Assembly (NCBI GenBank): GCA_038496445.1
Contig: JALMLS010000268.1
Coordinates: 248,001 to 312,000, forward strand
DNA from: Trichosphaerium sp. ATCC 40318
Taxonomy: Eukaryota; Protista; Tubulinea
Reading direction: 5' to 3'
DNA: 64,000 bases
Below the pieces are notes generated by a model that was not told the origin of the DNA, made no database searches, and saw only the letters and a program-made list of their open reading frames with translations. Each line of letters opens with the position of its first letter. Position 1 is the first letter of the stretch. The position numbers and the translations under genes are program-made. Shown here one piece after another: positions 26,636-38,796 of the stretch.

Positions 26636-27811
26636 ATGCATTGGGAGGCTGTGCTTGGTTTTGCCTTTGTGTGGATAACGTATTCGTTGACCTCCACGCT
26701 TTTACAGTATATTTACTACAGCAACGGCGCAAATAGAGCATCTTGTGCGTTTTGTGCTTCAATTTAGCCGAGATTAGCTTACAAGCCATTAAGCTTGGAA
26801 GACACAACATAAGAAGACAGATAACTTAGGTGACTATGCTTGGTGGCATCCTTTGTTTCAATTGTCCTCTAAGAAACGCGGACCATACCACAGCTTGTTT
26901 CATTCAATTAATTTATGCTTTGGTGCTGGTTTCTTCGCTTTTGTAACAGAAATGACAGTTCAGGGCAAAACGCGTATATATTGGACTACAGAAGGATACA
27001 GTACGTAACAGTAATAAACTACAGCTTACAAAAGTAAGGTATACTCGAACTTATTCTTATATCAACGATTGCGCCTCTGATATGGCAAGAAGTGTTAGAA
27101 TACTACTGGCATCGCGCGTTACATATACCAATGTTGTACAAAATTTTCCACAAGGTACCGCATTAATTTTGTTTACGTGATACTAATCACATAGTAAGTA
27201 TCACCATTATTACAAGAGTCCAGAGCCTTTTGATGATATGTAAGGAAGCAAAACCTATTTTTTTCTGAAAAAAAACCGTTCAGCCATTTTTCAACTAATT
27301 TGCGACACAGGTACATACACCCACTTGAGGCGTTTGGCTACTATTGTATTTTTTATAGGTGCGTATCTTAAACACTTGAGTCCATCTTACAAACTCATGG
27401 TAGCCCACCATTTGTATTTCCAATGCACTATTTGTACGTCTGAGATTATTGTTTTTTGGGTTTTTTAAACGAAGTTTTGTTCAGGTCATGGGCTATTTAT
27501 ATGATTGTTAATGGTACAACTGGTATTCTGGACCATTCTGGTATTAAATTTGAGCTACCTGGAGTTTATAACACTATCGATCATGGTAAGTATACCATCT
27601 GTTTTCGGAGATTAAGATTAATTTGATTTTTCTAGATAACCATCACAAAATGTTTAATGTTAACTACGGGTTTCCTTTCGCTTTCATGGACATCTTGCAC
27701 GGTACTTACTACGGAAAATATATGGGCACTGATTACAACCCACGTAACCACTTAACGAACACCTTAAACAGAGCAAAAATAGCCAAAGAACAAATAGCTG
27801 TTATGTCATAG
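26636..27811 (+). CDS. Fatty-acid hydroxylase / sterol desaturase superfamily membrane protein
   Basis: His boxes YWHRALH, HKYHH, DHSG, HDNHH...NYG. Confidence 0.88.
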
Positions 27812-28073
27812 AAAAAATACATAATCACAAAATAAAGAAAAAACAAACAAGAAATTCACTGTGGCACGTGCCGCGAGTTACGAAAATGTTAAATTAATCA
27901 TCAATTACGTGCAAATTGTGAGTGATGTTCATAATAAAACAGTCTAAAAAAAAGGTTTTGCCGACGTGTTTAAGTTTGGCCCGAATTTGACCGTTTCAAT
28001 AGTAAATTCTCAATAGAAGCCACACACGTTTGGTTTCTACACAATCCCCTAGTTTGTGTCGTCTAGACTCTAA

Positions 28074-31000
28074 ATGTCAACACAAACTATGGAAGCGGTA
28101 TCGACAGACTTACAACAAGCGATAGACAAATTTCGAAGCTCAACAAAGGACAGCTTTGAATTTATAAGGTAATCAGCTGCAGTAGAATCGAACATTATCA
28201 AAATGATTCGTAAAAGCCCACGCAGCGTGTTTTCACTACGTCGGTTTCCCTCAGACGCTTACAAGTAGTTTAGAACTGGTTGCGTTTCGTTTCCTGTTCA
28301 AGACGTGACAATCAACGTAAGGCATGTCAATATCGAACGATCGCACCTCCTTTTAGACCAGTATGAAGTAGATGTACGCTTGTTTTTTTTAGTTCTGTTG
28401 TATTTTGCTAGTACTAAGTGGCGGAGGTCGGGCATAGGCAAGAAGACTTTATGGATGACCTTATGACGGAAGCGCCAATGAAAAACAGGTTTTATTTTGA
28501 AGGTAGGCAAATATGCCATATGGTCACTAACAGAGCTCTAGGATACAAAACACATCATTTCTTGCTCGTTGGACCTCCATGTTCCGGCAAATCAAGTACG
28601 CAGTTGTTTGTAGCATCAAAGTGCATTTAAAAACAAATCTATTGGCGCTTTTAGCGCAAGGAACAAGTTTAAAAACCAAAATAGCAATTGTGCGCTTAAA
28701 ATTAATCACCATCGTGTTTAGCGCTCATGAGACAATTATTCTGGACTGTCAACTTCAACCCTGTAAGTAGCCATTTTCCTTTCAATGCACCATCACTTGC
28801 CATTAAAAAATAGGACTTTCCGAAAATGTCATGAACTAAATCTCGTTTTGTAGGAAGCTCTAGAGACAATCTCAAATGATCCATCTAGTTTTGCATTTTA
28901 TGGAATGGAAGATGATATGCAAGAATTTCGTGATGGGAAGGAGTTAATGGGTGTTTATCTTGATGCTCAAATTTTGTGGCAAAAAATACAAGGTGACAAG
29001 GATGACATTGTTGGTGCTGTAGCACAAGCAGCGTCAGAAACACTTGAGAAGCTTGTGGAAGGTATATAAAGATGATTTTTTTTTTGAGTTTTTTTCAAAA
29101 AAACTTGATTTTATGACTACGTGCTCACTTTTAGGCCTTAGGATGCAAGGTGGATGAATCCTGTATTAAAAAGATACTCAATGGATGCCGTCTTGCTCTT
29201 TTTGTAGAAGGAACAGACTATTTATTACGTGACGATCTCGTTGAATTTTTAAACGCGCTCAAACGCTTACCAAAGCATCTCCCTGGTATTTTTCGCACTT
29301 TTATTGGTGTGCGACCAGATACGCTATTCAAGCGTGCAGTACCAAGGGATTTTGTTTACATGTATTGCAACTCTGTCTGGGATATGGAAACAAAGCGTGC
29401 AATGCTTCAGCAACTTGCTGGATGTGCTAATAATCCAAACGTCAATTTGCTAAGAAACAAAGAATTTGAGAGGCACAGGGATAATATTTTACAGTATATG
29501 GATGATGCTAGCCTATTGACTCTTTTTATTGATACATTTGATGATGATACCTTCTCTTTGGGCGTCTATGGGATTTTAGAGAAACTCTTTAATGCGTATT
29601 TGGCTCATAGAGGCAAATCTATTTCTTATGAGCGGTTTGAGACGCATGAGGAAGATTTTATGCTTATGACGCATGTTACCGTTTTTTTGGCTTTTTGCTT
29701 GCAGCCTGCTGGACATCTTAAACAAGTGAATATGTTTAAAGAGATTATAGACGCAGTTGCACAATTATTAGCTGCACACGATGGTTTTTCTGATTTTTCA
29801 AAGTACCTCTCAGAAAAATGCAAAAATAAAATACCAGATTCGCTTGAAAAAGAAGCGGAGTACTTGGTCGCTCAAGTAATCACAGGTGCGCACACTATAA
29901 TTATTTTTTTTCTGAAAAGAAGAGAGTTGGTAGTAGATAGAGGCTTTATTTTCTAACTTTTTTTTTTTAGAGCTAGAGGCGTGTTCTCTTATTTACGTCG
30001 TCTCTGGTAATATCCAATTTGTAAATACTCAATTCGCACATTACCTCACAATCAAGTTGCTTGCTAGTGACGAGCATGCTTTTATATTAGACTTGTTACA
30101 CCAGCAGGTACAGTACCTCTTACAAAAAACAAAACCTATCATGAATTATTGTTGCGTCTAATTGTTACACTTGTAGAACTCACAACTAGACTTTTTTCAT
30201 TGGAGCGATCGCACTTTTATTGCACGTACTCAATTCCAGCGCGTTTTCGAGATGGTGGCATCAGCACGGTATGTGGAATCAATTTGATTTGCCTCACTCG
30301 CTTCTTCGCTTCTTAATTTTTATTTTTGTTTAGGGATGCTGTTTGGGTTTCTGACAAACTACTGCCGCCAAAAGAGAACTCTGTACTCGACTGGACAGCA
30401 CAAATTCGTATGAACGATGGCTTGGATATTCTAGATTTGGGTCACATGCGTTTCACCTTGTTCTTGCGGCTGTTTGCCCTCCAGGAGTTAGAACGTGCTT
30501 TAGGCCAGGTACAGCTTCACCACTTACCGTGATACACCAAGTTAAATGTTTCTAGCGCACCACACTGCCTGTAGATACCACTAAGGATGCTCTTGAAGCT
30601 ATCCTAGAAGCGTTGAGCACCACTTACCTCTCCATTCTGAGAGACAATTTTTCAGCCATTATACTTCTCGACGCTCATCCAATTAATACCCTCGCTTGTT
30701 TTTCAAAGAAAGGAGCAGCTATACTTGTTGACGATATTGTCGATCTCTTACAAAGAAGCACAGCGTTAGTTACAGCAGACTTGTGCCTTGTCTTTTACAA
30801 GAATGGCATGATGCCTGAATCCACACTACGTAAAGTAATGTACGTTGCATATTTTTTCTTTTGGTCTGTGCATTACGTTGATAGTAATTTTTCTTTTTAG
30901 AAGCGTTGTGGATTCTGGAAGCAAACACAGGTGCAGACGGCCAACAATGCGTCTATTAAATCAAATATACGAGTATGATGTCTCTTCTTGGATTGTTCCA

Positions 31001-34000
31001 CGCCTTGTAAAGGCTCTTGGTGATCGTGATGCCTCTGTACAAGTATGTCAAGATTTTTTTACTTTCAAAAAACGTCATGTATTAAGTTTGTGATTAGCAA
31101 GAAGCTGCTGCTGGTATGGAAAAGTTAGCAAATCTAAGTTTGGTTCAACACAAAAAAGAGATTGCTCTCATAGATGCGGATATCGCTTCAGGTGCTGATG
31201 TGTCTAGTAATAACATGTCAAGCATTACAACTCCTGGTTATCCTTCTTTAGAAGTACGCTTTTTTGAAGCCCAGAAGTGTTAAATTCTTTTGTGTTTACA
31301 AACGGTTCTTTTTTCAGCAAATGGACATTTCGGATGATGATTATACAAGTGATAGTTCTATTGCTGGTCCTACCATGAAGGAGAGGCTATTTAATGACGA
31401 CGAATGGGTTAAACTCATCTCAAGCTCAGTTACGCTTCTTGTTGCTATGGTGGAGCTCGATATTCATGAGAGCAAAGATCGTATTCCATCTATAGCTGAT
31501 AAACTGTCGCCTAAATGCAGAAAAGAACAGTGTACACATATACAAGCTATTCTTAGTATGCTAGAGAACAAGAGTTCTGGATGCCGCCTATTGAGGTACA
31601 ATCCATTTCTTTTAATCTAGATGCCTTGTGCTCACGTGATTTTTTTATTCTAGTTTTGTTATGCTTGGTAGACTTCGTGACACCAATGTTTATGGTGATA
31701 GAAAACTGGAAGAGCTTCAACTAAAAGCACAACTTTACGTTCTTTCTAAAGTTGGTACGTTTTTATAAGTTACTTATGAGAGAACCTGACATGGTTTGTA
31801 AGGTACGTACTACAAAGCTAGAGATCCGTATGCCGAGATGCTTGATGAGATAACAAAGAACCAAATTACAAAGACGATAGCTTATGTGTTCTGCGATACT
31901 CTTGGAAGACATGTACGTTTTTTTGACTACAGTGTGGTGTTTAGGGCTCAGTACTAAGTTCAACGTTAAGGCAGCAAAGTTTGTAGTTTTGCTAGATGAT
32001 CTAGTAAGGACTAAGCTCGATCTTCTTTGCCATGTGAACAAATGGGTTTGGACTCATCTTAGCAATAATGCAAGGACAGCACTCGCTTCTGAGCTCCTTA
32101 AAATACCAAACTACAACGTACAGAGGTACGACACGAACTCTTGATGTAAAGGGCTACGAAACTTACTCAAAGTCTAGAACCGTTATATCCATGTGTATGA
32201 ATTTTGACAAGTATGTTGGCGGTGGTGATAGTATAGAAGGGGAAGCTACTGATTTATTACGCTTGCTTGTAAATACAGACCCTAACACGTCTCCGTATGT
32301 ACAACAAGATTGCTTGTTGTACTTTGAAAAGCTTGTATTACACTTACCAGATGGTTGTGCATTGCAATCAACTGTAGCAGAAGTTCTGCTTGACTGTGTG
32401 GTACGGTTTCATTAATTCTTTTGTTTGGTTGTTTCCAAGAAAATATGGTGTTAACGTGGTTTTTGTTTTAGAAGAGTAGCGGCACTTGTATGCTTACGGA
32501 GATTGTATTGCGTACTATGTATGGATTACTTGAATCCAGAGATATAACAGGACGTCGTACGCTTGTGGATATGCTTGAAAAATACAACTTTAAGCAAGAT
32601 ATCATTATGCGATTCCTAAAAGAGAAGAAACAGGTAAGCTCGTTTGTCTTTTTTTATTCTTTCTTTGTATTAATTTTGTTTGTAGACGTATGCTATGTCC
32701 ACGTACTGTGTCAAACTGTTGGGATATTTCGCCCAAGAAGGTGATATTCCTACGTTCATTACAGCCTTAAATTCTCAGTCAATGGAAACAAGGTAGCGTT
32801 GATGTCATACCTGAGGCCTTTTTTTTCTAAAAACGTTTTAAAGGGAAGCAAGTTCAGCTATCTTGAAGGATTCACCTCAAAAACTGATTCCTGGGGTCAT
32901 AGAGCTTCTGTTCCCACAGCTTGCAAACCCAAAGGATCCATTCGTACAACGTTCGTTTGTTACACTATTGGGTTACTTTGGTAGATCAGGAACACCACAG
33001 GTACGTGAACAAGCTTGATATTTGAATACTCCAAAACTGTAGCAATTATTAACACGTGCCATTAGCAAGTTTCTATGGTTGCTCAGGGTATTGTTGCGCT
33101 ATTGAAGGAACACCAATATGTTCGACAGGTTCGTTTGATTGTGGTAACTGATTCAAGGCTGACATCTATGCGTGTAGGAGGCGGCAATGCGAGTTGTAAT
33201 GTTAATGGGTGATAATGGTCATGTTGAAGCCATTGAGAACCACGTCATGGAAGTTTTGAAATATCACATCAAAGCCAACAATGAAAAGAATCTCGACTTG
33301 AACGCAATCTCACTATTATGTGCTACTGTTCAAGTACGTACAACTTGAACAAAACCGAACTTGTTTGCTTTTTATGATATTCTAACTTCGTTTAAGGCCA
33401 TTGCAAAGGCAAAATTGTACAGAGAAGATATTGTAGACTCGTTATTCCATCTGTTGCAGGTCATTACAAACAAAATTTTGTTGATTAGTTTTGGTATTGC
33501 TCACTTTTTTTCAGATTAAAGCACAAGAGTTGAGAGTAGCTATTTTTGTATCTTTGAAGTCTATTTGTGGAGATTTGGATCCTGTACAATTAACTATGCA
33601 CGAATCGACAGTGTGCAACCTCCTTACATCTAAGGCACGTGATCTATTTTACAATAACACATCTATCGAGATTTTTCTGATGAACCTGTTAGAACCCTAT
33701 TGTAAGAGAAATGGCACTAAAGATATTGCACTTGTTTGGCGTAGAAACTATGCACCGATGTGTAGAAACTGTAACACAGCAACTCAAGGATGAGTCGCCA
33801 ACTTGCAGGTAAGATTAAAGGACTATGTTCTTTAGTGTGATTAAAAACTAACGATGACCTCAGAAAGCATGGTATCAAGTGTCTTGCTGCCTTGATTCCA
33901 GAACCACCTGAGAGTGGTGATGACCTAGACTTTGTAAAGCATTACAGTGAGGCTACAGTACGCCATAGCGGCTTTTTTTTGTTACTTACGCTTTGTGAAG

Positions 34001-35016
34001 CCTTTGGTTCCACCTGTTGTTCTGTGTTTAGCAGATAGCAGTGCTATCGTTGTAGTCCAAGCTCTCAAGTTCCTCCTCAAGTTTAAGAAGCCTGTTACTA
34101 TTCCAGATGATGCTCCAACTACTCTAGACAATCTAGAGAGCAATGAGTTCTATAGGGAGTATGTAATTGATCCAAACAAGATGAGAATACTTGGACTTCT
34201 TAAAAAGAAGATGTGGCGGTTTAATATTGAAATTAAACTTATGGTTCTTAAGCTCCTTGGTGAGACTCCTCATTTACATAAGCACATTGAACTCTTTGAC
34301 CATATTATAAACTCTGAGCGTGTATCTACATTAGTACAACTCTCTGATACTGTACGGTCTCTGGGCCCACAGGCACGTTAATTGCTGGTCTTGTTTTTTT
34401 TTTGACTTTTTTTTAAAAGGTGTTGCAATACATTCCTGGAATCATTCAAGTTGCACAACCTGGTTCTCCAATGGTCAGAAATATGGTTAGACAACTAAGT
34501 ACTTTAAAACTTTCAATTGATTCCGAGAGTATTGCTGAGTTGTTCCCTTTGGAAACAATAACAGCTTTGATTAAAAACAGGGATTCAGGTGTTAGGTAAT
34601 AATTCTGAGAAATTTTGTTCTTATCAACTAATCACTTATAAGGCGTGTTGGTGTTATGCTACTTGGTCATAAGTGTGAAGAACGCCAAAGACATCTATGG
34701 ATGCTAATAGAGAGATGGGTAGACAAGAACTCACGTGTCCGTAGAGAAGGTGCGAAAAGAATTTCTAATTTTTTTTTCTCCATTCGTTTTCTGGCTTTTA
34801 CTGATGGTTATTTGTGTAGTACTTGAAGTTCTTGGAGATATTGGTAAGAGATATCCTAACTATATACCAACAATGATGCAGTCAATCGACACAGACAGTG
34901 GTAATTTGATGGGTGTGTGGAGACATTTGAGTTACTCTTGGCATGATATTATTGCTGCTACTGATGACGAACAAGAGGGTGACATGGCAGCCGCGTACCC
35001 ATTCCAACCGTTTTAA
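28074..35016 (+). CDS. Large NACHT/STAND-like P-loop NTPase with C-terminal HEAT/ARM repeats
   Basis: Walker A LLVGPPCSGKS, Walker-B-like LALFVEGTD, HEAT-like IVPRLVKALGDRDASVQ and VVLCLADSSAIVVVQAL; many short introns. Confidence 0.6.
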
Positions 35017-35431
35017 AGGTTTAGTTCCATTAAGAAGAAGTTATCCTTTTGTTTAATGCGACGGGTGCTACCCAAACAGGACAATCAAAAAGGCGCTATC
35101 CACCCAAATAAAAAAGGCCAAAATAATAACCAAAAAAATATCATCAATTTTGATGAAGCTAAACTAATATTTAATTTGATGCCATTTGGCGCACTATATA
35201 ATAAAGAGTTTGCCCAATGTCGAAATATATCCAAGTTGGATGTTTGAAAGTAATCCTCATATTACAACGGAATCATCAAAACGAAAATGAAGACATTAAA
35301 CAGCGTTTTGCTTTTCATCTCTATCACTTATAGCATTGTTCGTTTCCTTTTCCATGACAAAGCCACAATGCCAGCGTGGTGGGTTACAATACAATTTATT
35401 TTTCTAATATACAACACGTGGACAAAGCACA

Positions 35432-36193
35432 TCATTCACTAGTATAATCATCACTATCATCGTCTTCACTCCAAGGTTCAATTTCATAAAACAACATATT
35501 TGTTAGTTCTTCATCATGCTTTACTTTTTTGCGTTTCATCTCTCTTGCACGTGATTCCCATTTTTCTAGTTTTCTTTTAAGCGTTTTATTCTCTTCCTTT
35601 ACTGTCTTTAACTCTTGTAATTTACGATTGGCTATTTGTTCACGTTTTTTGCTGGATGCGATTTCCTTTTGCAATTCCGCATGTCGCGCTTCAGCTAAAG
35701 CCTAAATGAGCCGTTAGTAGGCTTTACAATGCACTAAAATCAACATTGCAATCAAAAAGAGCCTTTATTCTTTGTGCTAAGTGAGAGAGGGTGAGTCAAA
35801 CATCCTTTTGAGCAGCCTGAGCCCAAAACGGTCTTTGACTCACCCAAGTCTCACATCGCTTCCTCCGCCAGCAATATACCGCAAGCGTTACTCTAGGGAC
35901 CTCGTACACCGAATAAAAGGTATATCGTTGTCTGTAAATCTATACGCGCGCTAAGTGAGAGAGGATAACGCAAAGACTGCTTGAGTAGTTCCCAAAGAGT
36001 CTTTGCGTCACCCAAGTCTCACATCGTTTCCTCCGCTAGCAATATACCACAAGCGTTACTCTAGGGACCTCGTACACGCGATTTACAGGCAAGATACCGA
36101 TTTTAATTACAAAAATGAATTTCGTGCCTTGTAATCATCAAAATTAAGCCGAAACTCTTTCATTTCTGCGTCTATCTTCTGAGCTTTGGACAT
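35432..36193 (-). CDS. Small coiled-coil protein (about 111 aa) with acidic tail; host of the intronic structured RNAs
   Basis: Exon 1 MSKAQKIDAEMKEFRLNFDDYK, donor AAG|GCACGA at 36127, CTAAC branch point and TTTAG acceptor at 35702, in-frame exon 2 ALAEARHAELQKE... Confidence 0.7.
35762..35920 (-). ncRNA. Unknown structured intronic RNA, copy A
   Basis: Own closing stem UUUAUUC/GAAUAAA, long variable hairpin, 70-nt core 67/70 identical to copy B. Confidence 0.7.
35919..36098 (-). ncRNA. Unknown structured intronic RNA, copy B
   Basis: Different closing stem CUGUAAAUC/GAUUUACAG; hairpin shows compensatory changes and G-U pairs only on the minus strand. Confidence 0.7.
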
Positions 36194-36349
36194 GCGCCTC
36201 TACGTTTGAAGTTATTGTATTTTACCGCCAAAAACCCGTTACTTAATTTAACCACAGGTTGACTTATTTAACCAAATTCTACGTTTTTTTCAGGTACAGT
36301 GTTTGTATTTACAGTGTCGTGAGCGTCCGATTTATGTCACAGTATACGC

Positions 36350-37085
36350 TCAAATGTTTTTAGATGCATCCGCGCCATCTACCAGGCAAAAGTCATCATC
36401 GCTCAACTCGCTCTCGTCGCGCTTTACTTGATCTGTTGGTGCTTCTTTCGTGTCCATTGTGGTCTCTGGCTGTTTTATTACCTTGTCGGAGTCCGCAATG
36501 TGAATAAAAGACATAGTAAGAGTAGAAGGCGCTGTTTCTTCTTCTGGTGTCTCAGGGTTTTCTTGTTGTGTTGTGGTAGGTGTTTCTGCCTGTTTTGGCT
36601 CAGTTTGTGGTGGTGTAATTGCGTTCACAACTGCTTTCGTGGAGGATGGGCTTGGAGCCTTTCGTGCCGTATCCGGGCGCTTTGGTGAGGTTTTATTGGA
36701 AGTGTCGCTTTTTGGTGCGTTTTCGAGCGGTTTTACGTCTCTTGGTTGTACAGAGCCCTGTTATTCGTTAGTAATGCTTTTGACGTTATTTTTTGTCTGA
36801 ACGTCGTAAATTTGTAGAGGATGGTGTACCTTTGAAGCATCTCTCTGTGTTACCAATGGTGAGCGTGTCGGAGTTGTCGCACGCTTTTTATTCGTCGTGG
36901 TCGTAGATTCTAAAATCAGTTAGCCCCAAGCGCTCTAAAGCGTAAAAAAATACTAGTTTCGAAAAGTGTAATTCATAGTGGCAATTCGTACTGTTGGACC
37001 GCATCTCATCCTCGCTTGGAGCCGGAAAGAACACTACAACGATAACTATAGCGATTATAAGAGTACCAAAGATGATAAAAAACAT
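36350..37085 (-). CDS. Single-pass membrane protein with T/P/E-rich low-complexity region; start uncertain
   Basis: Hydrophobic FFIIFGTLIIAIVIVVVFF followed by low-complexity exons. Confidence 0.5.
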
Positions 37086-37349
37086 TGCGAAGGTGCAGTT
37101 GGCCTAGTTTATTGCGTAGTCAACCAAAATACTCACAGTCAGAATTCCATGTCCAACAACGGACAGAGGTATTCATGTAACACTCAATAGCACTTGTCTG
37201 TAAGATTACAACATTGACTATTTATTCGTTAACGTGCTGTACGAAACGCACCACTCAGCGACACTGGTACTCTCCGAGTACCGAAAGGGACAGTTATTCT
37301 ATTGGAATTAAAAATAGGTCCTCGCAATGTTTGTACTGGCTACAAACTT

Positions 37350-38735
37350 ATGCGCGTTAAGCCAAGTGTCAACTGTCGGCTCTTTACCTGCATGTTGGGG
37401 CGATTGCTCAGTAGAACTTACACTCGCTACAGTGAAATTACGCATTATCGTAGGGAGTATTCAACGAGTGTAATAAAAAGCACAGAGCAGGTACCTCAAA
37501 CTTGTTATTTACGCTCATCCAATATAAGGTCGCTCATGTACGCGCATACGCTACTGCTGAGCACTATGACCTTACTACATTAATGAATACTCTAAAAACG
37601 AGCGAACTAGAGCCTACGATGTTAATAAAACCGCATAGATACACAGGGGCGCTATACCTTCGTCTTGAGCCCTCCACCAGCGAAAAGTATTTACAAAAGT
37701 CCTAATTTGATCCTCACGCTCTTTTACAGCACTAGTAATGCGTTTCCAGCGTTTACAGAAGGAGAAGGCACACGGGATGTATTCTTCTTGGGAAACGGTA
37801 CAACGGTAATTTGGAGTGACGTACCTGATGGTGCGTACCATGAATAATAGTTAGCGAGCAGTTGTAGCTAAAAATGTTCAGAGGGGAAAGACAAAACGGC
37901 TTCTGTTGAAGTGTCGCTCTTACACACTGCTAAAAGCGTGTCAAAGTCTCAGTACAAGAACAGAATGTTCCGCGAGATGGATGTGGCGATCGGCCAGCCT
38001 CTGATAGACATGCAAAACACAACAATAACGTTAGCGCCATCAGACAGGATGATACAAATGCTTGCACTGTCATACTGCATTGCAAGGTATGTCCAATGGG
38101 CTGATCACTATTTGAACTCTAAAACCGCGTGAAAAGGGAGCAGAAACTATCTTTACTAGAGGAAAGAATAGATGAGCTTGTACAGCACATTGTACGACAT
38201 GGAATCAACAAATATTTTATTTGGCAAAATGACTTACTGGATTTCTAGAACCACACGTCCAAGCTCCTCCAGGATGATGTATTGCCAGAGAACGCAATAG
38301 AAAGTACAATACAACTTACAGCACTTCGAGAGAAAGTGGATTCATCATACAAGGCCAATGATAGCCCTAGTTATCTATGGTAAAAAACAACTAAAAGCTC
38401 TTCATTTTGTAAATTTACCTACTTATTTTAAGGAATCAAATTGACGCAAAACACCTATTCACAAGCTTGGAACAAGCGTTCGAAATGAAGAAAAGGTGAG
38501 CGAGTGATTAGTGTTGCATAGCTTTAACTGGTTTTTTGTTTGTCTTAGAATCAGGATGGTAGTTAATCAGTTGGATGTTGCAGATAGGACAGCTACTTTG
38601 CTATCAAGTTGGGAGGCCCGCAAACTTTCTACACCACAGAAAGTAAAACGATCTGCTTTAGTTTTACTTATTTTAATTGAAGTCATGCTGTTGTTGCTCG
38701 ATAAGAGCGATATATGGCAGCAATTCTGTATATAA
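37350..38735 (+). CDS. RMND1/Sif2 (DUF155) family protein
   Basis: VRAYATAEHYDL, DVFFLGNGTTVIW, LALSYCIARSRKLSLLEE, C-terminal LILIEV helix. Confidence 0.75.
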
Positions 38736-38796
38736 AATCAATTCACCAAAAAAAGCACACGTTGTTTAATACCCATTCTGTAATTCTTCTTCTTTT

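Noticed and set aside
35887-35899. GTTACTCTAGGGA resembles LSU rRNA peptidyl-transferase region sequence, suggesting a C/D snoRNA guide on the minus strand
   Set aside because: No adjacent CUGA D/D' box or RUGAUGA C box; a 13-nt match may be chance.
35762-36098. Twister, HDV-like, glmS or H/ACA interpretation of the tandem RNA
   Set aside because: Short motif matches exist (UAA, GAGG, UCCU, ACGAGG), but their order and pairing do not fit these consensus folds, and an ACA tail occurs in one copy only.
37266-37286. Perfect hairpin GGTACTC-tcc-GAGTACC followed by GAAA, like hammerhead stem II
   Set aside because: No CUGANGA upstream and no stems I/III; more likely a promoter palindrome between divergent genes.
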